NCBI GenBank assembly: GCA_965213625.1
Contig: CBDBZU010000004.1
Span: forward strand, 1,952,001-2,016,000
Direction: 5' to 3'
Origin: a bacterium
Lineage (GTDB): Bacteria; UBA8248
DNA length: 64,000 nt
The position numbers and the translations under genes were made by a program. Shown one piece after another: positions 39,269 to 49,834 of this stretch. The notes under the pieces are model-generated. The model made no database searches. It had not been told where the DNA came from and saw only the letters and a program-made list of their open reading frames with translations. Numbering within the stretch: position 1 is the stretch's first letter; every line of letters begins with the position of its first letter.

Positions 39269-39336
39269 GATTTGACGCCTCCTTGAGCGGCCCAAGCGCT
39301 CGAAACGGACCCCTCGTGGGGTCGCAGGGAGATGCC

Positions 39337-39475
39337 GGCAGGCCGGTCTTCTGGCTCGCGCCGATGGCCGCCTTTCATTCCTTCCCGGGAAAATCCCAGT
39401 GGTTGCATGAAAGGCGCGTCGCTCACAGCTGCTGGGCAGCTCCGGTCTTACACCGGATTCCCGAACACCTGACGG
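39337..39475 (-). promoter_or_regulatory. Cobalamin riboswitch (proximal)
   Basis: AGGT..GGGAATCCGGTGTAAGACCGGAGCTGCCC..CTGT...CCACTGGG..CCGGGAAGG...GAGCCAGAAGACCGGCC (B12 box). Confidence 0.92.
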
Positions 39476-39510
39476 CAGTTTCAGCGGCGGTTTGCTCCGC
39501 CGCTCCTATG

Positions 39511-39725
39511 GCTGTTGAAAAAGCCTTTGGCAAGGGAGGAACCCCCCAACCCCCCTTGTCAGGGGGGCTTTTTTTCTTGCCCCCCTTGCCGGAAGGCATC
39601 GCTTTTTACCCCCCTGCCAAGGGAGGCTTTTTTTCTTACCCCCCTGCCAAGGGGGGTAGGGGGGGTTGTTTTTCCAGTTGCGAGGGGCGTCCCCTCTACC
39701 CCCAAAAAAGGGGACTTTTCAACAC
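39511..39725. repeat. MITE-like insertion containing CCCCCTGCCAAGGGGGG palindromes
   Basis: Ends TGTTGAAAAAG and CTTTTCAACA are inverted; four related C/G palindromes inside. Confidence 0.6.
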
Positions 39726-39861
39726 AATCCCCGCTTATGGCGAAACTTTATCGCTGCGCGTGCGCAATGCCCGCGTGTGCGATGATTCTCTCGTCTTGGG
39801 GTGTGATGATGCGCAAGATACCACCCACCTCCTGCTCCGCGAGGACGTGACGGGTCATAAG

Positions 39862-40025
39862 GTTGCCGCGGGTCGGTCTCCTGGCTCCCGGATCTCCCTA
39901 CTCACGGCCCCTTCCCGGCGGCATCCGCCAGTGGTTTCGGCCGCTTTCGTCCCCGGTCACAGTGGCGGGTCCGCGCCGGATTCTCACCGGCTTCCCGGGC
40001 TTTCACTCAGAAAGCCCACCTGCGA
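39862..40025 (-). promoter_or_regulatory. Cobalamin riboswitch (distal)
   Basis: AGGT...GGGAAGCCGGTGAGAATCCGGCGCGGACCCGCCACTGT...CCACTGG..GGGAAGG...GAGCCAGGAGACCGACC. Confidence 0.93.
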
Positions 40026-40085
40026 CAGGTCGGAAAAACGATGCTGCTCGAACAATCAGCGTGCTACATACGAATCGGGGCGGTA

Positions 40086-40589
40086 TTACACCGCCTCGTA
40101 CTTGTCGCGCGTGATGGTGTCCAGATCGATGCCTTCGATGCGCACGAGGCGCGTCTCTCCCTCGCGCTTGGGCGAGTGGAATTCGCCTACGTCGTAGGCC
40201 TTGGACAAGCCCGGCGTGAGGTCGTAGCTGCGCACGGCGCGCACCTTGCCCGGCGCTGCGCCGTTGGGCCGTTCGACGAGATCATAGTCCGTCATCGTGG
40301 TGGTGCCCACCGCCTGGCCGTAGATGGCCCACGACTGGCCGTGGTCGTGCGGGGAGCTTCCGGTCACGCCCTTGTGTACATGTGCGAAGATGCAAAAGCC
40401 GAGCTCGGGGTCCTTGTAAAGGATCTTGCGGGGGGAGTCGTTGTCCGGCCCCAGGTGTTCCTGCACGAACTCCTCTTGCACCAGGACTTTCTCCAGGGCG
40501 TCGCTCACCTTCTGGAGGCCCGCCTTGCTCGAATCGGCTTTCAGGATGTCGTGACATTCGGCTGCGAATTTATCGAGGATTTCACCCAT
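40086..40589 (-). CDS. Cysteine-dioxygenase-like cupin
   Basis: LYKDPELGFCI, SSPHDHGQSWAIYG and GEFHS. Confidence 0.8.
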   Translation of the reverse strand: MGEILDKFAAECHDILKADSSKAGLQKVSDALEKVLVQEEFVQEHLGPDNDSPRKILYKDPELGFCIFAHVHKGVTGSSPHDHGQSWAIYGQAVGTTTMTDYDLVERPNGAAPGKVRAVRSYDLTPGLSKAYDVGEFHSPKREGETRLVRIEGIDLDTITRDKYEAV

Positions 40590-40758
40590 TGTTCGCTCTC
40601 CTTGTTTTTGAGAGGTTGATTTTCACTCATTCTAACGGCAGCCCGCGTATTTTGTAAAACGATTGAGAGGAGAGCGTGTTTTTCCCGGTTTCGGTGTATG
40701 ATTCTCGGATACTTCATTTGATGCGCATGCACGGCGAACTCCCATAAGGGGGCTTTAG

Positions 40759-41535
40759 ATGGATACGTCGAAGCAGCGAAACATCGAGACTTTCACGCGG
40801 ATGGCCGAGACCTACGGCGGTTATTACAGCGACGCGGAACAGGCGCGCTTGGGCGCGATGGCCGAGCGGGTCGGCTTTGGCGCAGGGAGCCTGCTCGTCG
40901 ATTTTGGGATGGGCACGGGTACATCCGCGCGGCCTTTTCTGGTGGCGGGCGGGAACGTCGTGGGGCTGGATCTCACTCCCGCGATGGCCAAAAGCGGGCG
41001 CGAGCGCCTGCGCGAATGGGGGCTCGAGGCGAACGCCCGCTACGTCATGGCGAACGCTCACGACGCTCCTCTGGCGACAGAAACCGCCGATGCCGCCATC
41101 TGCCGCCACACGTTTCATCATCTGGATAATCCCAAAAAAGTTTTTGGGGAGATGGCGCGCGCGGTTCGCCCGGGCGGCCATGTCTTCTTGATCGACTTTC
41201 ACTATCCCGACGAGGAAGAAGAGCGCGAGAAGATAGAAGAACTCGACCGGGTGCGCGAGCCGACCATCACGCGGCATCTGTCCGGAAAAGAGATGGAAGA
41301 TCTTTTTCGGGAAGAAGGAATCCGGATCGAGGAGACCGTCGTCGACAGGACCGACACACTCTTCGATGAGTGGATGGACATCGCCAAGACCTCGCCCGAG
41401 GTGTTCCCGAAGCTGAGAGCCGCCTTCGAGGCCCTGCGCGATCAGGGCGGAAGCTGGTATGAGGAAAAAGGCGAGGGCGCGGAATTTTCCGTCATCAGAA
41501 AACGCTTGACCATCCTGGGCCAAAAACCGGCCTGA
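40759..41535 (+). CDS. Class I SAM-dependent methyltransferase
   Basis: VDFGMGTG, VVGLDLTPAM and FHHLDNP...EMARAVRPGG. Confidence 0.9.
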   Translation: MDTSKQRNIETFTRMAETYGGYYSDAEQARLGAMAERVGFGAGSLLVDFGMGTGTSARPFLVAGGNVVGLDLTPAMAKSGRERLREWGLEANARYVMANAHDAPLATETADAAICRHTFHHLDNPKKVFGEMARAVRPGGHVFLIDFHYPDEEEEREKIEELDRVREPTITRHLSGKEMEDLFREEGIRIEETVVDRTDTLFDEWMDIAKTSPEVFPKLRAAFEALRDQGGSWYEEKGEGAEFSVIRKRLTILGQKPA

Positions 41536-41759
41536 GTTTCCCTCACAGCTCCTGCGGCGGCGCGCCGCCATAACCTCGCATTGTGTGGCCCGCCCTATTC
41601 TCTTAACCTTGAGGAGCCCTCCACATTCCCCCTCACCTAGTTGCTTTCCCCTTCACCCTGAGTTTCTGCGAAGCAGCGTATCGAAGGTCAAACGCGATTG
41701 ATAAGGGGTTGTTGTGCAACCCTCGGAAACGATTTTGGATTGTGCGCAAGCTTTTGAAG

Positions 41760-41924
41760 TTCACTCCCCCCTTGAGGGGGAGTCGAAGAGCTGAGGGCGT
41801 AAGCCCGAAAGCGATTCGGTGGGGGGTATAATTCGGAATGGCAATAAAACGTATTTTACTCCCCACCGGTACGGTTTCGGGGAAAAACCCCCTTACCTCA
41901 CCGACTCCCCCTCAAGGGGGGAGT
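41760..41924. repeat. Palindromic REPIN/MITE-like element (copy 3)
   Basis: Same terminal palindromes as copies 1 and 2; core in the opposite orientation. Confidence 0.85.
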
Positions 41925-42103
41925 AGTTATCTTCTCTCTCGTCGATTGGCAAAGTTGTTCAAGGGCAATGCACGCAGCCGCGCCGGTGAGCTGAATTTCG
42001 AGAGAGAAAAATTTTTCAACAACACCTCCCCGATTGGGTTCGTGCCCTCGATACAGCGTGCAAGTGCGCCTACTCGGGATGAGGGGGTTGTTAGTTGTTC
42101 TCC

Positions 42104-43798
42104 TCAAAGCTCCTGGGGCGGCGCGCCGCCCAGAGGGGTGGGCTTCACGACCGCGTCGATGAGGTAGGGTTTATCGCCCCGTGCGGCTTCTGCAAGGCAC
42201 GCTTCCAACTCATCCGGCGCATGGACGCGCGCCGCCTCCACGCCCATCGATTCCGCCAGCTTGATGAAGTCGAGGTCCGGTTCCGTCAGGTCCATGCCGA
42301 CGAAGCGGTGAAACTCCTTCGCCTTGCCGTCCAGGGCCAGCACGCGCCCTTTCAGGATGTGGTAGGCACCGTTGTTGGCAATGAGGAAAACGACGCCCAC
42401 ATTGTATTTCGCCGCCGTCCAGAGCGTCTGGTTCGAGTACATGGCCGAGCCGTCTCCCGAGAGGCAGATGACGGGGCGGTCCGGCGTCGCTATTTTCGCG
42501 CCCAGCGCCATGGGCAGGCCGTTCCCGATGCCCCCTCCTTTTCTCCCGAAAATCTGGGACGCATTGCGCCCCACCGCGCGCCGAAATCCGGGGCCTGCGG
42601 AGGTAAGCGCCTCATCCACCCACACGGCGCCATCGGGCGCGCCCGCGCCGAGCGCCCGGTGAAAGACAGGAAGCGGCATGCCTTCCGAATAATCGCTTTG
42701 CTCTGCCGGAGGCGATGCGGCCTCGCGCGCACTCTGGTTCTCTTTCGCAATCCGCTCCCCGCGCGCTTTCGCTCGTGCGGCCTCATCCGCCGTCTGCGCT
42801 TTCGCCACGGTTTCCGTCAGGACGGGGAGGGTGGTTTTCGGGTCCCCGTAGAGTGAAGCGTCCAAACCGAAGTTCTTGCCCATCTCCCATGCGTTCAGGT
42901 CCAGGTGCACGACCCGGCAGCTTTCGGGCAGTGGACGCACGTCGGCTGGGTATGAGAACAGGAACACTTCCGTACCGACGAGGAACACCAGGTCGTATTC
43001 CGCGAGGCGCTCCCTCAAGGGTCTTGCGAGGATGGGGAGTTTGCCCGAGTAGAGCGGGTGCGCGAAGGGATAAGAGATCATGTTGGCGAAATTCTCTTCA
43101 TACGCCTTGGCGCCGATTTGCTCGGCGAAGCGCGCCGCCTCCTCCAGCGCGCTCGATTTTGCGACGCCCGCGCCTGCGACGACGCAGGGCCGCTCGGCTT
43201 TCGCTATGAGCGCGGCCGCCGCCTCGATGGACTCGGCCGATGCGGCGAAACGCGTGTGGATACGCGTGGGCTTTTCCTGCAAGTCCGAGGCTGCGGCCAA
43301 CATGACGTCTCCGGGTAGAGAGAGGAACACGGGCCCCGTCGGCGGCGTGAGAGATACCTTGACGGCGCGGCGCACGGCCTGCTCCAGGTCTTCAACGCGG
43401 CGCACCTCGTAGGACCACTTCACGAGGGGCTCGGCCATGCGCGCGAGGTCGTCGTAGAGGATGATTTCCTGAAAGTGTCCGCTCTGGGGCTGGTTCCCGG
43501 CGGTGACGAGCATGGGCGCGCCCGAGCGTTTCGCGTTGTAGAGAAGCCCCATCGCGTTGCCGAGGCCGGGCGCCACGTGGAGGTTCACCGCGGCGGGCCT
43601 TCCGGTGCTCAGGCCGTATCCCTCGGCTGCGGAGATGGCCACGCCCTCGTGCAGCGTAAGGATGAACTTGAGCCGCTCTTCGTTCACCAGCGCGTCCATC
43701 AGGGGAAGCTCCGTCGTGCCCGGATTTCCGAACAGGTGCGTCACTCCCTCGTCGAGCAGGGTTTCGAGCAGCAAGCCTGCGCCGTTTACGTTTCTCAT
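42104..43798 (-). CDS. ThDP-dependent enzyme, benzoylformate decarboxylase-like
   Basis: FGNPGTTELP, LHEGVA, NLHVAPGLGNAMG and the ThDP motif GDGSAMY...ANNGAY. Confidence 0.9.
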   Translation of the reverse strand: MRNVNGAGLLLETLLDEGVTHLFGNPGTTELPLMDALVNEERLKFILTLHEGVAISAAEGYGLSTGRPAAVNLHVAPGLGNAMGLLYNAKRSGAPMLVTAGNQPQSGHFQEIILYDDLARMAEPLVKWSYEVRRVEDLEQAVRRAVKVSLTPPTGPVFLSLPGDVMLAAASDLQEKPTRIHTRFAASAESIEAAAALIAKAERPCVVAGAGVAKSSALEEAARFAEQIGAKAYEENFANMISYPFAHPLYSGKLPILARPLRERLAEYDLVFLVGTEVFLFSYPADVRPLPESCRVVHLDLNAWEMGKNFGLDASLYGDPKTTLPVLTETVAKAQTADEAARAKARGERIAKENQSAREAASPPAEQSDYSEGMPLPVFHRALGAGAPDGAVWVDEALTSAGPGFRRAVGRNASQIFGRKGGGIGNGLPMALGAKIATPDRPVICLSGDGSAMYSNQTLWTAAKYNVGVVFLIANNGAYHILKGRVLALDGKAKEFHRFVGMDLTEPDLDFIKLAESMGVEAARVHAPDELEACLAEAARGDKPYLIDAVVKPTPLGGAPPQEL

Positions 43799-43835
43799 CT
43801 ATCTGGCCTCTGGGTATTGGTGGATACGATATGGA

Positions 43836-44603
43836 TTAGTGGAAATAATTGCCGCCGTTCACGAGAAGGGTCTGGCCCGTGACGAAGGCGTTTCGGATCA
43901 TCATCATGACGGCGTCGACCGTCTCCTCCACCGTCCCGAAGCGCTCCATCGGCGTGTTCGGCGTGGAGGTGCGCAGGTCCTGCGTCGTCATGTCGGTGTC
44001 GATGAGGGCGGGCGCCACGCTGTTCACCGTGACGCCTTCTTTCACCAGGGCCGCGGCATATCCGTGGGTGAGTCCGTGCATGCCCGCCTTGGACGCCGCG
44101 TAGTGCGGGCCGACGCGCCCGCCCGTGAAGGCGGCGTTCGATGAGACGTTGACGATCCTGCCCCACCGCGCCTCCCGCATGTCGGGCAATACGGCCTGCG
44201 TGAGCAGGAACGCGGATTTGAGATTCACGCTGAGCGTGGCGTCCCAATCGGCTTCGGTGAGTTCGTCAAATGGTTTCATGATGGCGATACCTGCGTTGTT
44301 CACGAGAATCGAGACGGGGCCGAAGCGCTCCCTCGTCTCATCCACGAGGCGGCGCACATCGCCGGCGACCGATACGTCCGCCTGGATGACGAAGGCCTCC
44401 CCGCCCGCCTTTTCTATCTCGCGGCGGGTCTCCTCCGCCTCGTCCGCGCGCTCGCGGTAGTTCACCGCTACGCGGCAGCCTGCACTCCCCAGCGCGAGCG
44501 CGCATCCGCGCCCGATGCCCCGGCTCGCGCCGGTGACGATGCAGGTTTTCCCCTTAATACTTTCTGGCGACAACGCCGCGCCTCCCGGGAGTGTGAAAGG
44601 CAT
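43836..44603 (-). CDS. SDR oxidoreductase (FabG-like)
   Basis: TGASRGIG, LVNNAG and YAASK. Confidence 0.92.
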   Translation of the reverse strand: MPFTLPGGAALSPESIKGKTCIVTGASRGIGRGCALALGSAGCRVAVNYRERADEAEETRREIEKAGGEAFVIQADVSVAGDVRRLVDETRERFGPVSILVNNAGIAIMKPFDELTEADWDATLSVNLKSAFLLTQAVLPDMREARWGRIVNVSSNAAFTGGRVGPHYAASKAGMHGLTHGYAAALVKEGVTVNSVAPALIDTDMTTQDLRTSTPNTPMERFGTVEETVDAVMMMIRNAFVTGQTLLVNGGNYFH

Positions 44604-44685
44604 ATCCTAATCCATCCGCCGCGAGTTGGGCAGTCATGATGAGGGAATTTTATCGTTTGGGGATCGCGGTGGTATATTGCCCGGC

Positions 44686-45702
44686 ATGAGTGGAGAAAAC
44701 ATTCGCGCAGCTTGTGTCGGGCTGGGCCGATGGGCCGGCGTGCTGGCGGAGGGAGTCCGGAAAACGCCGGGGCTCGAGATCACCGCATGCCATACGAGAT
44801 CGGGCGAGCGCAAAGAAGCGTTCGCGCAGAATTTCGGATGCAAGCCTTATCCGGATTATGGGGCCATTCTCGAAGACCCGCAGGTCGACGCCGTCATCCT
44901 CACCACTCCCCACAGCGCGCATAAAGAGCAGGTCTGCTCGGCGGCCCGGTCCGGGAAGCATGTGTTCGTCGAAAAGCCGATCGCCGTCACTCTCAAAGAC
45001 GCCCGCGCCTGCGTGGAAGCGTGTGAGCGAGCGGGCGTCATCTTGATGGTAGGGCATTGCTGGCGCTGGGTGGCCTCTGTCCAGAAGGCGAAAGCGCTAC
45101 TCGATGCGGGCGCGCTCGGGGAGGTGACGCAGGCGGCGGGGCATTTCGGCAACCCGCGCGCGCAGAATTTCGGCAGGGAAATCTGGCGAGACGATCCCGC
45201 AGAATCGCCTCTCGGGCCGTTCACGGGGCCGGGTTTTCATCTTCTCGACATCCTGAAGTACCTTCTGGGTCCCGTCGGAGAAGCCTTTGCCATGCTGGAG
45301 CGGAAGATGTCTGCGGGACGAATTCCCGATACCGCCTCGGGCGCGCTCAGATTTGTCTCAGGCGTGACCGCCCTGGTGAGTTCGAGCTTCGTGACGCAGC
45401 GCCGCTACCAGCTTTCCCTGTTTGGAACCGAGGCGAATCTCTACGTGAACGCAGACCCGGGGGGCGGAACGCTCGCCGCGCCCGACCTCGTCATCCACAG
45501 GCAGGGTGGGGGGGCGCCCGAGGTCGTCGCGGTCGAGAAAACCGACATGATCGCCCGCCACATGTCTTCTTTCGCGGAGAGCATACGCGGCGATACGCAC
45601 CCTTTCACCGACGGGCGCGAAGGAGCCGCCCTGGTCGCGCTGCTCTCGGCCATGCTCGACTCATCGAAGTCAGGTGGATGGGCGCGCGTGGAATCACCCT
45701 GA
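44686..45702 (+). CDS. Gfo/Idh/MocA oxidoreductase
   Basis: VGLGRW, VDAVILTTPH and GKHVFVEKP. Confidence 0.92.
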   Translation: MSGENIRAACVGLGRWAGVLAEGVRKTPGLEITACHTRSGERKEAFAQNFGCKPYPDYGAILEDPQVDAVILTTPHSAHKEQVCSAARSGKHVFVEKPIAVTLKDARACVEACERAGVILMVGHCWRWVASVQKAKALLDAGALGEVTQAAGHFGNPRAQNFGREIWRDDPAESPLGPFTGPGFHLLDILKYLLGPVGEAFAMLERKMSAGRIPDTASGALRFVSGVTALVSSSFVTQRRYQLSLFGTEANLYVNADPGGGTLAAPDLVIHRQGGGAPEVVAVEKTDMIARHMSSFAESIRGDTHPFTDGREGAALVALLSAMLDSSKSGGWARVESP

Positions 45703-45749
45703 AATGGTCGACCGAGAATAATTCGCCTCATCTGCAGGAACCTGAAAAT

Positions 45750-46634
45750 TCACTTGCCCCATACGACGGCCCATGCGCCCAGGACCGAGCAGGCCCCGCC
45801 GATGATGACCTGCGCGCTCACGCGCTCTTGTTTCCTGAAGAACAGCCACGAGAAGAGGATAACGATCAAAATCGAGAGCCGGTTGATGGGAACCACCTGG
45901 ATGACCTCGCCGTCCTTGATCGCCCACCAGAAGAAGAACGCGGCCAGAAAATTGCACGCAGCGCCCAGCGCCGTGATGAGGAGCGAATATCGCGTGAAGG
46001 GGCTGCTCTTCATTTGGATCGTCGGGAAGAAAAAGGCGCTGGCGAGCAGGAGCGTGAGCGTCGTCATGTTCGAGACGCCCATTCCCAGCGTGACCGATGG
46101 GATGTGGACGAAGCCGTATTTGCGCACGATGTGGGAGATGCTCGCAAAGGCCGCTCCCGCCACCGGTATGAGGTAGTAGGTGAGGGGAACCCGTCTCTGG
46201 GTGGCTTTCTTGTCGTATAAGAGCAGCACGCCGCCCGCCATGATGCCCAGCGTCCCCATCGTTACCATAGGGGTGAGTGTCTCGCCCAAAAGAATGACTG
46301 CGAGGCCCGAGGACCAGATGAGGCCCGTTTGCGTCAGGATGGGCGTGCGGGCCAAACCTATCAGCTTGATGGAAATCATCCCCATGTAGCGACCGCCCAG
46401 TCCGCCGACGGTCCCCACGAGGACGAACCACAGGACCCCGTAGAGCGGCCAGTGGTCGAGTCCCTCGCCCATCGCGTAGAGGCCGAGCGCGAAGATGGTG
46501 GTGATGATCGTCGCGATCACCGTCGTCACGAGCGGGCTCAGGCTCATGAGCGCGCCCCGGTAGAGCGTCCTGGCGACGGAGATGAAAAACGCCGAGAGAA
46601 GCGCCATCACGTTGGGATGAAAGGATTCGAGCAA
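45750..46634 (-). CDS. DMT/EamA transporter
   Basis: About 10 hydrophobic helices in two repeats (ILLGETLT / LFFRKQERVS); start uncertain. Confidence 0.85.
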   Translation of the reverse strand: MLESFHPNVMALLSAFFISVARTLYRGALMSLSPLVTTVIATIITTIFALGLYAMGEGLDHWPLYGVLWFVLVGTVGGLGGRYMGMISIKLIGLARTPILTQTGLIWSSGLAVILLGETLTPMVTMGTLGIMAGGVLLLYDKKATQRRVPLTYYLIPVAGAAFASISHIVRKYGFVHIPSVTLGMGVSNMTTLTLLLASAFFFPTIQMKSSPFTRYSLLITALGAACNFLAAFFFWWAIKDGEVIQVVPINRLSILIVILFSWLFFRKQERVSAQVIIGGACSVLGAWAVVWGK

Positions 46635-46756
46635 GTGGAAAACTCAAGATGTAAGAGAAAACGCCATTATCCACCGGTGGAGGGAGCAGGGCAAGGCGGG
46701 TCAACCTCGCCTGAGGAAGAAGAGGGTGCCCGACGGATGAGAGGAATGTTCCGCCC

Positions 46757-46780
46757 GTAGGGACAGGTCGTGACCTGTCC
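46757..46780 (+). repeat. GTAG-REP
   Basis: GTAGGGACAGGTCGTGACCTGTCC. Confidence 0.75.
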
Positions 46781-46785
46781 GGCTA

Positions 46786-47508
46786 CTACAAAGTGTGTTG
46801 CGCGGAAGAGGCTATCGCTGCACCGTTCGTTGCCTGATTATGGCCGTTCGCAGGAGCGCGCATCATCCGCTTGAGTGTCAAGACGGCACTCTCGGGGCTG
46901 CTGAGCACACTCGCATCCACGCGGCGGGATACCGCATCCAGCGCCCGCGCCATGGAGAACTGGGCGAGGAGGACGACATCGGCGTGGGCCGCGTTTGCGG
47001 CAGCTTCCGCGATGAGCGCGTCGTGTGTTTGCGGATCGCCCGCCTGAAGCGCGTCTGAGGCGTCTGCGACGTAAGACGCCTCGATTTTAAGCGCAATCTT
47101 TTTTTGCGCCGCCAGGGCTTCCAACTCTTTTCGTATCGATGGGCCAGAGGGCCTGAATGTGGAAAGCACGTGGATGCGCGTCCCGAGCCGGAGCGCTTCT
47201 TCGAGCATCGCCTGGTTCGGCTTGAATACGGGTATCGGGAGCCTCGACTGGACGGCCTCTATCGCCGGGCCGAAGGCCGAGCATGAGTAGAGGATCGCCT
47301 CTGCGCCCCCCCGGTGCGCGAACTCGGCAAGACTGTCCACGCGCCCGAATAGCGCAGGCGTGAGGTGGCCGACCGCTTCCAGGTCGCGCGAGAGGGATTC
47401 GTCGATGAGCTGTACGACCTCGGCTTCGGGCCAATGGCTTTCGAACGCGGCTTCGATGGGCGATACCGCGACGCGGATCGCATGAATGACGCCGATGCGG
47501 GCGGACAT
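46786..47508 (-). CDS. Asp/Glu/hydantoin racemase-family protein
   Basis: IGVIHA, ILYSCSAFGPAIE and VLLAQFSMARA. Confidence 0.8.
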   Translation of the reverse strand: MSARIGVIHAIRVAVSPIEAAFESHWPEAEVVQLIDESLSRDLEAVGHLTPALFGRVDSLAEFAHRGGAEAILYSCSAFGPAIEAVQSRLPIPVFKPNQAMLEEALRLGTRIHVLSTFRPSGPSIRKELEALAAQKKIALKIEASYVADASDALQAGDPQTHDALIAEAAANAAHADVVLLAQFSMARALDAVSRRVDASVLSSPESAVLTLKRMMRAPANGHNQATNGAAIASSAQHTL

Positions 47509-47623
47509 GGTTCCGAATAAATCCTTTCCAAAACAAAGAAGTATAAAAACGAACGCGGAATTTTAGGCGAAAACGCGGATTTTTGGCAAGGGTGGGGGCG
47601 GGCATCCACACATGAGGATGAAC

Positions 47624-49024
47624 CTATGAATTTGAATGATTCTGGAAGCGGAAGGTCTCTTCGGTTTGCTGGCGCGTGAGCTGCAAGGACACAAATGCTG
47701 TGCGATGAGGAACAAAAAACTTGTCGATGTCCTCGTGCCGGATGCGAATGCCTCCGATGTCTTCATCGGCGAGGGTCTTGAAGCCGACCGGTGTTCGCTC
47801 GCTGATCTCGGGGTAGGCGGTGACGCTTACACTCAAGAACTCACCGACCTTGTCGACGATGTCGCGCAGCCGCGTACAGTCGACGTATACGCTTCGATAG
47901 GACGCGTCGTCGGAGTATTTGTGGATTCCTTGTATGGCCGATGTATGGAATGTTTCAGCGACGATTTCCTTATCGTCATCTTTTTCATAGAACTCGAGAA
48001 GATAATCATCGATCCCGACTCCGTATTGGTCCTCAACATGAAAGACGGTGTTTTGAAAGCCGTGTTTCTTGCTGTTACTCGTTACGGTCTTGGGCAACAG
48101 CGCATCGTTGCGTATTGCCAGTGAATCGCGCCACGCGCCGAACTCATCGTCTTCGATAGTCAACGCTTTAACGATATCTGCAAACAAACCGCCGTCGCGC
48201 TTGGCTCTCTCGACCTGTCGCAGGGAACTGGAACTGCGGTGGAACAGCTTGATCGAGCTATGATCATGGCCGTCCATCACGCCGAACGCCGTTGTTCCCG
48301 AAGAAGCTTCCATATCGTAGGTTACGTCGTGCCCGGCTTCGTCTGGATTTGTTGGAAATACCGCCTTGATTCGCACGCAGTTCATGTTGGCTGTGGAGGT
48401 GCGTACCGTACCGTCCGAGCCGACTTCGTTAGCGATGACGCGGATTCCTCGATAACCGAAGTTGCCGACCAGCACCGTGCACAGCACGTTGCCGGGCTGA
48501 TACATCTCGCCGCCGCGACCGAAGCGGTCGCGGTCGGCCAGTCGCCAGGTGTATGGACTCGCGAGCTCTAGACCCTTGAGAATTTGGGTCCCGGTCTCGA
48601 AAGGTTCGCCCGCGGGTTGTTTTGTGATGAAGCCTTTCCAGACGCGACCGAGAAACGATCGTCCCTTGTGGGCAAGCGGCGAGCCGAAATTCGCCGGGGC
48701 GAGCATGAGCAGATGCTTGATGGGGGCACGTCCGGGCGTGTAGTTGCGCTGAAGCCAGTCGCGAATCACCAGAGCGCCGGTGCTGTGCACGATGGCGTCT
48801 ACGCTGCCTTTTTTCTTCGGCAGGTCGTGTCTCTCCCAGGCTGTCTGCATCGCCGTCACGACATCGTCGAATCGAACTTCATCTTCCATGCTGATGTAGT
48901 CGGCCAGCGAGATAATCGTGACGTTTTGTCCTTGCAGCTTCTTTTGCAGAAGTCTTGCGAGTGGCTCGAAGCTCTCAGATGTATCGTTCCAACCGTGCAG
49001 GATGACAATCTGGCGTTCAGGCAT
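47624..49024 (-). CDS. Alpha/beta hydrolase with C-terminal extension
   Basis: ILHGWND, VHSTG nucleophile elbow, APANFGSPLA, GSDGTVR; RBS GGAGG. Confidence 0.82.
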   Translation of the reverse strand: MPERQIVILHGWNDTSESFEPLARLLQKKLQGQNVTIISLADYISMEDEVRFDDVVTAMQTAWERHDLPKKKGSVDAIVHSTGALVIRDWLQRNYTPGRAPIKHLLMLAPANFGSPLAHKGRSFLGRVWKGFITKQPAGEPFETGTQILKGLELASPYTWRLADRDRFGRGGEMYQPGNVLCTVLVGNFGYRGIRVIANEVGSDGTVRTSTANMNCVRIKAVFPTNPDEAGHDVTYDMEASSGTTAFGVMDGHDHSSIKLFHRSSSSLRQVERAKRDGGLFADIVKALTIEDDEFGAWRDSLAIRNDALLPKTVTSNSKKHGFQNTVFHVEDQYGVGIDDYLLEFYEKDDDKEIVAETFHTSAIQGIHKYSDDASYRSVYVDCTRLRDIVDKVGEFLSVSVTAYPEISERTPVGFKTLADEDIGGIRIRHEDIDKFFVPHRTAFVSLQLTRQQTEETFRFQNHSNS

Positions 49025-49316
49025 TGAGTCCTCCGATGTGGCATCTCTGAATTGCCCAAGTGGAATGTATCCAATGAAGAAAAATGTCCGATTAATACGA
49101 CACAAATCCTTCCGGTGCCGGGCAGGAATTCGATTACGGCCGACAGACGGTAAAACCGTGATGAAGTGGTTGTTTCCAGCCGATCATGCACTTGAAATTT
49201 CTCAAGAATGTCATATAATGTCAACGACATTATAATAATGTTGCAGAAATTCCAGTTTTACGCACGCGCGACTGCTCGGCCCTGATGAAACGCGCTCCAA
49301 GGGAGGACCCCCGGGT

Positions 49317-49592
49317 ATGCGTAATCGATTCTTAAAAAACATTCGAACGGTGCAGTTCGTGATGTGCGCAACTGCACTCTTCATTTCGATAGGCATCTTG
49401 TTCGGTAGCGCTTCTATTCCCCGCACCCAGTCGGCGGAAGCACCTAAAAAGTCTAAGTCCGGCATGATCGTGCTGGAAAGAAATGTGAAATCCCTGATGA
49501 GAATAAGAAGCAATGGGAAGAGCCTGAAGAGTGGGCTTGGGGAGAATGATGAGAAGGACGAAGTGCGGATTTCATCAGTTGCTGGCGGGTAA
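49317..49592 (+). CDS. Small hypothetical exported protein (possibly truncated)
   Basis: RBS GGAGG; basic N-terminus and hydrophobic helix. Confidence 0.4.
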   Translation: MRNRFLKNIRTVQFVMCATALFISIGILFGSASIPRTQSAEAPKKSKSGMIVLERNVKSLMRIRSNGKSLKSGLGENDEKDEVRISSVAGG

Positions 49593-49834
49593 AGAAACTC
49601 AATCCAGGAGCGCGTTACAAATGACCAGATTATGAGTATTGGAAGGAGAACTCGAAAACATCGACTCCTAAAAACTGTGTGACCAAGTTGGAAGCCTATA
49701 TGGTGAGTAGATGTAAGGCCTGGACTCTCCAGCACCAGAAAACAACCGCCCATATAAGGTTAGGTGGGTTTTATGCATTACGTCTAGGCAGGATGTCACA
49801 TTTGGAATTCTCACTAACATAGGAGGTAGTTGAA

